Below are positions 28,531-37,203 of a DNA stretch of 64,000 nt, in pieces. Source of the stretch: Patescibacteria group bacterium (GTDB lineage Bacteria > Patescibacteriota > Patescibacteriia > JACRDY01); assembly GCA_041671565.1 (NCBI GenBank), contig JBAZBH010000001.1, positions 7,552 to 71,551 on the forward strand, given 5' to 3'. Position 1 is the stretch's first letter; every line of letters starts with the position of its first letter. The notes beneath the pieces are model-generated. The model made no database searches, had not been told where the DNA came from, and saw nothing but the letters and a program-made list of their open reading frames with translations. A program made the position numbers and the translations under genes.

Positions 28531-29421
28531 CTATTTTTTGTTATTAACACCAATTTTCCACACTCCTTTTTCACGAAAAGCCGGAATGGTTTGCCGTTTG
28601 GCTTTATTAAGAAGAGTAATAATGGATTCATCTTCTTTTTTGGCATATTCAGAAAGCCGAATAATTTTATCCCCTTTTAGATAGGCGATCCTTTTGTGAA
28701 AAGATTCTAAAAGCGCCAGGGATAAAACTTTATCCATGATAGCGGTTTTTTTCTTGTTGCTATTTTTGTATTCTCCAAAGGACTTATAATAAGCGGCCTT
28801 TTCTTTATCGCGAATAATAATCGGCGGAAACCCGGTTTGTAACAATAAGTAATTGATCAACACGCGGCCAATCCTGCCATTGCCATCACAAAACGGATGA
28901 ATATGTTCAAATTCAAGATGAAATTTGGAAATTTTTTCCAAAAAATATTCCGTGTGGCGACTTGAATATTCCAGAAGTAAGGCGTCGATCATCGCCTCGA
29001 GATGTTCCGGCGCCGGGGCAATATATGTTCCGACGCGGACATACTCATACTGCTGACGAAACCGGCCGGCGATTCCTTCGTCTATATTGGAAATCAACAT
29101 CTTATGCAGAAGCAAAATTAAATCCTTATCGATATTTTTTGTATTTATTTTATCTTTTACATACTCAAACACCCGCGCCAAATTTTTTGCTTCAAAAACT
29201 TCACGCACCGACACATTACGAGACACCTCCATATCCAAAAGAATCTTTTCTGTTTCAGAAATAGTGAGGGTCGAATTTTCAATCGCATTGGAGTTATAAA
29301 CCGACTCCGGAAGCTCGGCCTCAAATATAATATCCAAAAGAGGCTCCTTATTTTTCTTCAAGGAATCGTAATCCCGCCTCAAGGTATTAATTTTCTCCTT
29401 AATGTCTTTTGATATAGCCAT
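28531..29421 (-). CDS. Fic-family protein (AMPylator/toxin-like) with an intrinsic inhibitory motif.
   Basis: The Fic motif is HPFCDGNGRIGR. An N-terminal S-x-x-x-E-N inhibitory-helix motif is present (SNAIEN). AT-rich. Confidence 0.85.
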   Translation of the reverse strand: MAISKDIKEKINTLRRDYDSLKKNKEPLLDIIFEAELPESVYNSNAIENSTLTISETEKILLDMEVSRNVSVREVFEAKNLARVFEYVKDKINTKNIDKDLILLLHKMLISNIDEGIAGRFRQQYEYVRVGTYIAPAPEHLEAMIDALLLEYSSRHTEYFLEKISKFHLEFEHIHPFCDGNGRIGRVLINYLLLQTGFPPIIIRDKEKAAYYKSFGEYKNSNKKKTAIMDKVLSLALLESFHKRIAYLKGDKIIRLSEYAKKEDESIITLLNKAKRQTIPAFREKGVWKIGVNNKK

Positions 29422-29545
29422 AATAAAACCTTACTAAATTATACTATCATTATAGCAAATTCACGACAAAACATCAAGCTACCGTGAATTTGTAGCAAAA
29501 ATAGCATAAATTCACGCTAATATTGCAATAATTCCCTAAAAACCT

Positions 29546-30802
29546 CTATTTTATACTTATTTTCTTCACCCCTCCCATATATTTCCTCAAAACCTTAGGA
29601 ATCTCGACCGAGCCGTCTTTCTGCTGAAACTGCTCCAAAATCGCCGGCACCAGGCGGCTGGTCGCGAGACCCGAGGCATTGAGCGTGTGAACAAACTCGT
29701 TTTTGCCGGTCGCGGCGTCTTTGTAACGAATGCTCCCCCGGCGGGCTTGATAGTCTAGGGCGTTAGAGGCGCTGGAAACTTCTTTAAAGATATTCATGCT
29801 CGGGATCCAGACTTCGATGTCGAGCGTTTTCGCCATGGCCGCGGACGCGTCTTCGGCCGCCAGTTGAACGGTCTGGAAGCAAAGGCCAAGGCCGTCAACC
29901 AATTTTTCCGCGTTTTTGACCAATTCCTCGAGCGCTTTAGCTGAGTCGCCCGGCTTCACGAACTGGAACATTTCGATTTTATTGAACTGATGCCCGCGGA
30001 TCATTCCCCGCTCTTCTTTCCGATAACTGCCGGCCTCGCGGCGGAAGCAGGCGGAATAGGCGTAGTATTTGAGCGGTAGGGATTTTTCGTCCAGGATTTC
30101 GTCGCGGTGGTAGTTGCCAATCATCATTTCTGAGGTGGCATTCAAACAAAGCCGATCCTCGGTCCAGAAGAGGTCGTCACGGAACTTCGGCAAGTGGCCG
30201 GAAGTGTAGGCCGACTGCTCGGTCAAGAGATAGGGCGGCAAAATAAAGGTGTAGCCGTTTGACCGGTGAAAATCCACAAAGTAATTGAGTAGCGCCCATT
30301 CCAACTCCGCTCCCAGCCCGCGGTAAAGCCAAAAGCCGTTACCCGACATTTTGACCGCGCGCTCGTAGTCAATGATATTCAGGCTGGTGGCGAGATCCAC
30401 ATGGTCTTTCGGCGTGAACTTGAATACCGGCTTTTTGCCAAACGAGCGAACGATCTGATTATTTTCTTTGCCACCGGGCAGGACATCGTCGGCCGGCAGG
30501 TTGGGGAGGGCCGCCATGACTTCGTTTAATTTCCCTTCCACGGCTTTCAGTTCTTCGTCCAGTTTTTTGATCGCCTCGCCCACTTTTTTCATCTCGGCGA
30601 TGACTTCCGGGGTAGGCTTGGTTTTGGAGTGAGCGTTCCGTTCGGATTTCAGCTGATCAACCTCGCCGATCAGCCGCCGGCGTTCGGCGTCCAGCTGGAT
30701 AGCGGCGTCCAGGGCCGGGTCGAGCTTTTCCGGCGGGAGGCGTTTGAGGAGGGCGGCTCTTACAACCTCTTTTTGTTCAATGATACGATTGATGTCGAGC
30801 AT
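29546..30802 (-). CDS. serS: Seryl-tRNA synthetase
   Basis: An N-terminal coiled-coil arm is followed by class II motifs (FRREAGS..., GSRLV...). Confidence 0.9.
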   Translation of the reverse strand: MLDINRIIEQKEVVRAALLKRLPPEKLDPALDAAIQLDAERRRLIGEVDQLKSERNAHSKTKPTPEVIAEMKKVGEAIKKLDEELKAVEGKLNEVMAALPNLPADDVLPGGKENNQIVRSFGKKPVFKFTPKDHVDLATSLNIIDYERAVKMSGNGFWLYRGLGAELEWALLNYFVDFHRSNGYTFILPPYLLTEQSAYTSGHLPKFRDDLFWTEDRLCLNATSEMMIGNYHRDEILDEKSLPLKYYAYSACFRREAGSYRKEERGMIRGHQFNKIEMFQFVKPGDSAKALEELVKNAEKLVDGLGLCFQTVQLAAEDASAAMAKTLDIEVWIPSMNIFKEVSSASNALDYQARRGSIRYKDAATGKNEFVHTLNASGLATSRLVPAILEQFQQKDGSVEIPKVLRKYMGGVKKISIK

Positions 30803-30816
30803 ATAATATATTTATG

Positions 30817-30950
30817 TTTTAAGTTCAAAACCCTAAGTTCAAAGTTCAAATCAAGTTCAAAGATCAAATGATTATTCTCGGTTAGCCATGAAGCCGCTTT
30901 TGGCCTTTGGATTTGATTTGAACTTTGAATTTTGAACTTTGAACTTTTTA
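30817..30950. repeat. Copy B2 of the agttcaaa-type inverted-repeat element.
   Basis: ttaagttcaaaaccctaagttcaaagttcaaatcaagttcaaagatcaaa ... tttgatttgaactttgaattttgaactttgaact. Confidence 0.8.
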
Positions 30951-30960
30951 AAATCTTGCT

Positions 30961-31416
30961 CTATTTATGGACAAGTTTCGCTCCATTCAATTTGTCATTC
31001 CGCAACAACGAGCTCTTGTACTTCTCCGGCTGGAAGGGCTGGAGGCGGTGGACGGCGGCTTTAATCTTTAATTCTGCCAGCTTGCCGCGCAATTCGTCCA
31101 GGTCCATTTTCTGGTCGTAACCGAGGCAGACCACTTCGGGTTTTAATTCTTTAATAATTTTAAACCGGTTGGTCAGGTAGCCGAGAGCCGCGCGATTCAC
31201 CAGTGGGGATTTTTTCACGGCTTTGAGCCGGGCGTTTTCGTTAAACTGCGGACGCTGGCCTTTGTATTTTTTGACATTCAGATCGCGCGCCACCACCACG
31301 ATCAGATAATCGCCATAAACTTTCGCTTGGCGGAAAAAATCCAAGTGCCCGGGGTGTAGGCCGTCGAAAGTGCCGAAAACCATGACTTTAATCATAGTGT
31401 CTTTGTAGAAACGCAA
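30961..31416 (-). CDS. Cytidylyltransferase-like nucleotidyltransferase (HxGH type; RibL/FAD-synthase-like or glycerol-3-P cytidylyltransferase-like).
   Basis: The motif GTFDGLHPGH is present and the size is about 145 aa. The specific substrate cannot be assigned. Confidence 0.55.
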   Translation of the reverse strand: MRFYKDTMIKVMVFGTFDGLHPGHLDFFRQAKVYGDYLIVVVARDLNVKKYKGQRPQFNENARLKAVKKSPLVNRAALGYLTNRFKIIKELKPEVVCLGYDQKMDLDELRGKLAELKIKAAVHRLQPFQPEKYKSSLLRNDKLNGAKLVHK

Positions 31417-31424
31417 TGCTTTGC

Positions 31425-31472
31425 GTCTCCGTAATAAATCAAATAACGCGTTTAGAGACGCAAAGCATTGCG
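31425..31472. repeat. 22-bp-stem hairpin in the gap between lysK and the nucleotidyltransferase gene.
   Basis: aaacgcaatgctttgcgtctc ... gagacgcaaagcattgcgtctc. Confidence 0.6.
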
Positions 31473-31475
31473 TCT

Positions 31476-33035
31476 CTACCGATCGACTGCCTCATTAAGC
31501 CGTTTGACTACCAAATCACGGTCGAGGGACGCCAGGAGCCAACCGGCCTGGGGGCCGGAGTCTTTACCGAGAAATATACTGTAAATCGCGCTAAACAAGT
31601 CTTTTGGTTCAATCTGTAGATCCGCCTTGATCTGGTGGAGGGCGCTGTGCAGTTCTTCGCCGGAAAGCTTGGGCGAGGCAGAAAAAACTTTCAGGAGTTC
31701 GGCGAGCGCTTCTTTTTGTTTGGCGCTAAGGTCAACCGGCGGCAAGGTATCAAGAATATTAAATTTAAAACTGTCCGGCGCCGAAGTCGCGAGCCACTTG
31801 CGGGCGTAGTCTTCGCGCACCGCGATTTCCGCTTTTTCGTCCGCGGTCAGACCGTCCCCTTTCTCAGTCTCGGCGTAAGTGAGGACGCTGGCGCGGGGCA
31901 TTTGCAAGAGATAAGCGATTTTAGAAAAACGGAGGCGGTAGACCGGCGGTTTTTCCGGCAACAGCTGGGCGTACTCATAAGCCTGGCCGAGATCTGACTG
32001 CGGGTCTTTAAGGTATTCGTCAATACAGCGGTCCAGCTCGTCATAAAGCCGCGGCACGGCGTCGCCGTCCAGTTTGAACTCAATCCTGGTTTTGGCGCGC
32101 GTGCGCATCATCAAGAAACGAACCAACTGCGCCGGCAGAAGATCCACAATGTCAGCGGCTGAGACGCCCACACCCTTAGACGAACTCATCTTCTTGCCGC
32201 CATCAATCATGATCCATTCGTAAATATGGCTGTAAGGCACCGGGATTTTAAAAACTTGCTCGGCAATCGCCCGGGCGACGAAAAACGCGCCGCCTTTGGT
32301 GTAGTGGTCCAGCCCGGCGAGCTCCACGGCCGTGCCGCGGAATTGCCAACGCGCCACAATCGCTAGCTTGTACGGCAGTTTGGCATTGCCATCAAAGGGC
32401 GAAATCTGGCCTTGATAACCGCAGCCAACAGCCCAGTCAACCATCTTTGGCTCGCAAGTAAAACTGACCAGCTGGCCGTCCCAACCCGTGACTTTGGTCG
32501 TGCCCATCTTGCCGCACTTTGGGCAGATGACATTAAGCGGGTACCAGTCGTCGGCCTTGACCGAGCCGGAAACCGACTGATAAATCGCGCGGATCTCGGC
32601 GGCGTGGTCGAGAGCGATCCGGATCGACTCGTTGTATTCGCCGCCGCGGTAAGCGTCCGAGTCCAGAATAAACTTGGGCTCGCAGCCGAGTTGCTTGATA
32701 ACTTTTAGAAAATCCTGGGCGTAATAATCAGCGTAGCTTTTGTACCCCGGCTCCGGTGACGGAATGTTACATAAAGGCAAACCCATCAGCGGGCGGTATT
32801 TCTTTTCGTCAAGATAAACCGGCAGGCCATCCATCGGGTCAAAATCATCAAAACCATAGAGATATTCGGCCGTCTCGCCCGCCTGCCGCAGACCGCGGTA
32901 AATAGCGTCATGAATCAAGACACCACGGAGCGACCCGACATGGACTTTGCCCGAGGGGGTTTTGTAGTCAGTGACCAGATAACTTTTCTGCGGTTTTTTC
33001 CTGATTTCCTCAACAATTTGATTGACCCAAAACAT
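31476..33035 (-). CDS. lysK: Class I (archaeal-type) lysyl-tRNA synthetase
   Basis: The N-terminal HIGH-region equivalent is PSGKVHVGSLRG. A KMSKS-type loop is GKKMSSSKG. The length is about 520 aa. Confidence 0.8.
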   Translation of the reverse strand: MFWVNQIVEEIRKKPQKSYLVTDYKTPSGKVHVGSLRGVLIHDAIYRGLRQAGETAEYLYGFDDFDPMDGLPVYLDEKKYRPLMGLPLCNIPSPEPGYKSYADYYAQDFLKVIKQLGCEPKFILDSDAYRGGEYNESIRIALDHAAEIRAIYQSVSGSVKADDWYPLNVICPKCGKMGTTKVTGWDGQLVSFTCEPKMVDWAVGCGYQGQISPFDGNAKLPYKLAIVARWQFRGTAVELAGLDHYTKGGAFFVARAIAEQVFKIPVPYSHIYEWIMIDGGKKMSSSKGVGVSAADIVDLLPAQLVRFLMMRTRAKTRIEFKLDGDAVPRLYDELDRCIDEYLKDPQSDLGQAYEYAQLLPEKPPVYRLRFSKIAYLLQMPRASVLTYAETEKGDGLTADEKAEIAVREDYARKWLATSAPDSFKFNILDTLPPVDLSAKQKEALAELLKVFSASPKLSGEELHSALHQIKADLQIEPKDLFSAIYSIFLGKDSGPQAGWLLASLDRDLVVKRLNEAVDR

Positions 33036-33109
33036 AGGAATAATGTTTAAAAAAGATTAGGTTTAGTTATTCTATTTTAGCGAAAGTTAGGGGTTTTGGC
33101 AATGACGAA

Positions 33110-33242
33110 GAGATTTAAGATTTAGGATTTAAGATTTAAGAATGTCGGTAATCAGCGTTTAACCTAATAATCATGGTTAAGGGTTTAGCTTAGTTCAATA
33201 CGGAGTTTATTCTTAAATCTTAAATCCTAAATCTTAAATCTC
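33110..33242. repeat. Inverted repeat E1 with arms of tandem agatttaag units and a ~65-nt spacer.
   Basis: agatttaagatttaggatttaagatttaagaat ... attcttaaatcttaaatcctaaatcttaaatct. A fragment lies at 39368-39388. Confidence 0.75.
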
Positions 33243-33289
33243 CTACTAAAAAAGACTTAAGAAGCTAACCCCTTAAGTCCCTTTAAATT

Positions 33290-33745
33290 CTACTCTACCG
33301 TCAGGATCTCATAAGTCAGCTTCCCCCGCGGCACTTCCACCGTCACCTGCTCGCCGGCCTGGCGGCCGAGAAAGGCCTGGCCGAGGGGCGATTCATTGGA
33401 AATTTTGCCCTTCAGCGGGTCGGCTTCGTTAAAGCTGACGATCTGGAACTCCTGCTTGCCGCCTGCCGATTTGACGGTAATTTTCGAGCCGAGATTAACC
33501 ACGCCTTGGGCCGACTGGGCTGACAAAACGGCGTGTTTTAGCGCGTCTTCCAGCTCCAAAATATGAGTTTCATTGTGCGACTGGTCTTCTTTTGCTTCCT
33601 GATACTCAAAATTTTCGCTCAAGTCCCCGAGGCCCTTGGCGTATTCAATTTTATCGGCGATAATTTTTCGTTTTTTCAGGCACTCCCCCAGCTCTTTTTT
33701 TAGCTTGTCGAGGCCTTCGGTCGTAACCATGATTTCGTCTGCCAT
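33290..33745 (-). CDS. greA: Transcription elongation factor GreA
   Basis: An N-terminal coiled-coil with acidic-tip residues (DLSEN) and a C-terminal FKBP-like domain. The size is 151 aa. Confidence 0.85.
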   Translation of the reverse strand: MADEIMVTTEGLDKLKKELGECLKKRKIIADKIEYAKGLGDLSENFEYQEAKEDQSHNETHILELEDALKHAVLSAQSAQGVVNLGSKITVKSAGGKQEFQIVSFNEADPLKGKISNESPLGQAFLGRQAGEQVTVEVPRGKLTYEILTVE

Positions 33746-33925
33746 AGTGATTGTTTACGATTTAGCAACTAGATATTAAATAAAAAATCCCCCTGAACGG
33801 TTATGGAGATAATTAACTCTTTAATAATAGCGTACCTAAAAATGCTGTCAAGAGGGATATGTCTAGTGGATATTAAGCTTATTTTAGGCTTTTTCTAGTT
33901 TACCAGAAAGAACTAATTTTAGGGT

Positions 33926-34047
33926 AGAAATAGAGAAATAAAGAAATAAAGAAATAGTTCTAGTGAGTGATTATTCCAACAAGATCTTTTATTGTCTAAC
34001 TCTACCTACCTCCAATTTCTTTATTTCTCTATTTCTTTATTTCTTCT
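33926..34047. repeat. Inverted repeat F with arms built from gaaata(a)ag units.
   Basis: gaaatagagaaataaagaaataaagaaatag ... caatttctttatttctctatttctttatttc. Confidence 0.65.
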
Positions 34048-34051
34048 TTTA

Positions 34052-35452
34052 TCAAAACTTCCCCTGTAAATAATCCCCTAATTCCGCGATTTTGATTCTT
34101 TCTTGTTTCATCGTGTCGCGGTCCCGAACTGTCACCGCCCTGTCTTCAAGCGTCTCAAAGTCCACGGTCACGCAATACGGCGTGCCGACTTCGTCCTGGC
34201 GGCGGTACCGTTTGCCAATGCTCTGAGTTTCGTCGTAGTCAACCGAGAAGTTCTGGCGCAATTCCGCGGCCAGCGGCTCGGCAATAGTAGCCAGTTCTTC
34301 TTTTTTGGACAAAGGCAGGACGGCAACTTGAATCGGCGCCAGATTCTTCGGGAACTTCATCACCACGCGGGTTTCAGTTTCACCGTCTTTGGCAGTTGGC
34401 GCCTCTTCCTCGTGGTAAGCCTCCAAGAGGCAAACCAGCATCATCCGGTCCATGCCAAAGGTCGGCTCGATCACATGCGGCAAAAATTTTTCGCCGGTTT
34501 CCGGGTCGGTGTACTGCAAATCCTGACCGCTAACGGCCTGGTGCCGTGAGAGGTCAAAATCCGTGCGGTAAGCGATACCATGGAGCTCTTTGACGCCAAA
34601 AGGATATTGGTACTCGATATCCACGGTTCGCTTGCTGTAATGCGCCCGCTCCCCGTCCGGAATCTCATGCCAGATCAAATGATCCATATTTACCTGCATA
34701 ATGTCCTGCCACCAGCGCTTGATTTCGCTTAGCCACATTTCAAAAACTTTTTCCCAGTCTTTGGGGTTAATGAAGTATTCCAGCTCGCCGATTTCAAACT
34801 CTTTGGTGCGGAAGATGAAGTTGCCCGGGGTGATTTCGTTCCGGAAGCACTTGCCAATCTGGGCAATGCCAAAGGGCAAACGGCGGCGCGTGACATTCAG
34901 AATATTTTTAAAATTAACAAACATGCCACCGGCGGTTTCCGGCCGGAGATAAGCGACCGTCGAGCTGTCTTCGGTCGGACCAAGGAAGGTTTTCAGCATC
35001 TGGTTGAAATTTTTGGGCTCAGTTAAAGCGCCTTCGCAATCCGGACAAACCAGCTCGCTGATAGTTTTAGGCTGTTCTTTGTCATGACCCGGCTCCAAAC
35101 TATTCATTTCCAAAAGGTGGTCGGCGCGGAAGCGGTGGTGGCATTTCTTGCATTCCACCAATAAATCATTAAAGTTCTGCAAATGGCCCGAGGCTTCCCA
35201 AGCTTTGGGGTTCATGATAATCGCCGAGTCGAGTGGCACCATGTCGGCGCGTTCCTGCACAAAAAACCGCCACCAAGCTTTCTTGATGTTTTGCTTGAGG
35301 AGGTGGCCCAGCGGGCCGTAGTCCCAGGAGTTGGCGAGGCCGCCGTAGATTTCCGAACCCGGGAACACCAAGCCGCGGCGTTTGCAGAGCGAGACGATTT
35401 TGTCCATTTTGTCTTCCTTGTTTTCGGGTTTAACTTGAGTTTTAATAGTCAT
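34052..35452 (-). CDS. glyQS: Glycyl-tRNA synthetase (alpha2 dimeric type).
   Basis: The N-terminus GLVFPGSEIYGG...WDYGPLG matches the class II GlyRS alpha2 family. A C-terminal anticodon-binding domain follows. Confidence 0.9.
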   Translation of the reverse strand: MTIKTQVKPENKEDKMDKIVSLCKRRGLVFPGSEIYGGLANSWDYGPLGHLLKQNIKKAWWRFFVQERADMVPLDSAIIMNPKAWEASGHLQNFNDLLVECKKCHHRFRADHLLEMNSLEPGHDKEQPKTISELVCPDCEGALTEPKNFNQMLKTFLGPTEDSSTVAYLRPETAGGMFVNFKNILNVTRRRLPFGIAQIGKCFRNEITPGNFIFRTKEFEIGELEYFINPKDWEKVFEMWLSEIKRWWQDIMQVNMDHLIWHEIPDGERAHYSKRTVDIEYQYPFGVKELHGIAYRTDFDLSRHQAVSGQDLQYTDPETGEKFLPHVIEPTFGMDRMMLVCLLEAYHEEEAPTAKDGETETRVVMKFPKNLAPIQVAVLPLSKKEELATIAEPLAAELRQNFSVDYDETQSIGKRYRRQDEVGTPYCVTVDFETLEDRAVTVRDRDTMKQERIKIAELGDYLQGKF

Positions 35453-35544
35453 AATTTATTTTAACAAGCTGTCACGCCGACAGGCCGTCATGCCGTCAGT
35501 AGCTATCAGCTGACTGTCGGCCTATCGGCTTGTCGGCCTGTGAG

Positions 35545-36096
35545 CTATACCGTCATTATCTCCTCTTCCTTCTTCTCCAACATTTCCTTGATCTGATCGT
35601 TGTACTTGCCGGTCAGCTCGTCCAGGTCTTTTTGCAGGCGGTATTTATCGTCCTCGGTAATTTCATTGTTTTTCTCCTGCTCGGACGCCTCGTCGCGGAT
35701 CTTATCGCGGAGACCGCGGACCGCCACCCGGCCATTCTCGATCTTTTCTTTCAGCACTTTGACCAGATCCCGGCGGGTTTCTTCCGTCATCTGCGGCACG
35801 CTAACGCGGATAAACTGGCCTTCGTTCGCGGTCCCGAGACCGAGGTTTGCCGCGGCAATCGCCTTTTCCACATCTTTGAGGAGGCCCTTATCCCATGGCT
35901 CGACGGTCATACTCCGCGCGTCGGCAACGGTAATACTGCCCACCTGCTTGATCGGCATTTTACTGCCATAAGCCTCCACCAAAAGGTTTTCAATCAAGGC
36001 CGGGTTAGCGCGCCCGGTGCGGAGACCCATCAGGTCGGCCTTCAGGTGGTCAATTAATTTAGCAAACTCCGGCTTATAATCTTCAAGTATACTCAT
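35545..36096 (-). CDS. frr: Ribosome recycling factor
   Basis: About 183 aa. The RRF fold signatures are LRTGRANPALIE and VSVPQMTEETRRDLVK. Confidence 0.9.
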   Translation of the reverse strand: MSILEDYKPEFAKLIDHLKADLMGLRTGRANPALIENLLVEAYGSKMPIKQVGSITVADARSMTVEPWDKGLLKDVEKAIAAANLGLGTANEGQFIRVSVPQMTEETRRDLVKVLKEKIENGRVAVRGLRDKIRDEASEQEKNNEITEDDKYRLQKDLDELTGKYNDQIKEMLEKKEEEIMTV

Positions 36097-36104
36097 AAAT
36101 TTAG

Positions 36105-37178
36105 TTATTTTTTCTGTAATAAAGTCGTGCCTAAATATAGCACTTTGGTGTTCAGCGGGTCAATCGCCAAGACCGTGCCGGCCCGAGTGGTCGGCAGTTT
36201 GGTGGTAATCCAGTTTTGGCCGCCATCCAGCGATTTGTAAAAAGTGCTGTCGGTCGCATAATACAGGCCGTTGCTGTTTTCCGGGTCAACAGCCACGGAA
36301 TAGATGGCCGCACTGCCGGGCTTGGTCAGCAGATTAACCGCCGTCCAAGTTTCGCCGCCGTCGCCGGATTTAAGAATACCAAAGGGCGACGCCCAAGCGA
36401 GACCATGATTAACCGACCGGTCCAAGACCAGGTCACGATATTGGAGCGCGCCGGCAAAAGGATTAAACGGATCACGGAGCTGGCTCCAATCCACACCCTT
36501 GGTGGCGGTGCGGAAAATGCCGGCGCCTTCAGTCGCCACATAAACCATCCGGCTGTCGCGCGGATCAACGATAATTTTGCGAATCCGGTTGCCCATTGAT
36601 TTGATATTGGTCCAGCTCAGACCCGAGTCCGAACTTTTGAGAAAATTACCCTCGGCAGTGCCGACATAAATAATTTTCGGGGTGTACCAGTCAACCGCCA
36701 CACTGGTCGAAACATCGCTGGCGCGGGTGCCGTAGTAAACCTGGCGCCAATCGCGGGCACAATTGGTGGACTTAAAAATCCGGTTTAACGCCACGCCGTA
36801 CAGGGTACAACTGTCCTTCGGGTCAACCGCGACATCCTCCAGGCTTTTCATTTCACCGGGCAGGCTGCGTGGCAACTGCCAATTCTCGCCGCCGTCATAA
36901 GTGAAAATCAGGCCGCTCGTCGCCGTCACCAGATAAATCGCCAAATGGTCTTGCGGGTCAGAAACTATCCTTTTGATGTTCTGGGCGTTAATGCTCGCCG
37001 GCGCGCCGCTGGTGGTTGGAATCAGGTTTTTGGCTTGCCAACTGCCACCCTGATCAATTGTCTTAAAAATGCCGCCGTCATTGCCCACCGCCGTTTTGCC
37101 GCCAAGGCTAATTTGGCAGCCGGCCAGAAGCGGCAAGGAAAGCGCCAGACTGAGTAAAATCAAAACTTTTTTGGACAT
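36105..37178 (-). CDS. Lipoprotein with BNR/Asp-box repeats (Ycf48-like).
   Basis: The lipobox is LLAGC. Repeated S-x-D-x-G-x-T/N-W motifs occur as DGGENWQ, DGGETWT, DGGQNWI and SGLSWT. Confidence 0.6.
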   Translation of the reverse strand: MSKKVLILLSLALSLPLLAGCQISLGGKTAVGNDGGIFKTIDQGGSWQAKNLIPTTSGAPASINAQNIKRIVSDPQDHLAIYLVTATSGLIFTYDGGENWQLPRSLPGEMKSLEDVAVDPKDSCTLYGVALNRIFKSTNCARDWRQVYYGTRASDVSTSVAVDWYTPKIIYVGTAEGNFLKSSDSGLSWTNIKSMGNRIRKIIVDPRDSRMVYVATEGAGIFRTATKGVDWSQLRDPFNPFAGALQYRDLVLDRSVNHGLAWASPFGILKSGDGGETWTAVNLLTKPGSAAIYSVAVDPENSNGLYYATDSTFYKSLDGGQNWITTKLPTTRAGTVLAIDPLNTKVLYLGTTLLQKK

Positions 37179-37203
37179 ATATTTGTTTATTTTAAAAATT
37201 GGC

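Noticed and set aside
28411-28680. 89-aa plus-strand ORF overlapping the Fic gene's 3' end.
   Set aside because: It is antisense to the well-supported Fic CDS. Its Phe/Ile-rich low-complexity translation reflects AT-rich reverse-strand reading. No RBS is present.
30803-30960. T-box riboswitch leader upstream of serS.
   Set aside because: The leader consists of agttcaa tandem units forming a simple long hairpin. No T-box consensus (AATTAGGGTGGNACCGCG-like) or specifier-loop architecture is recognisable. The same element also precedes ddl, which is not T-box regulated.
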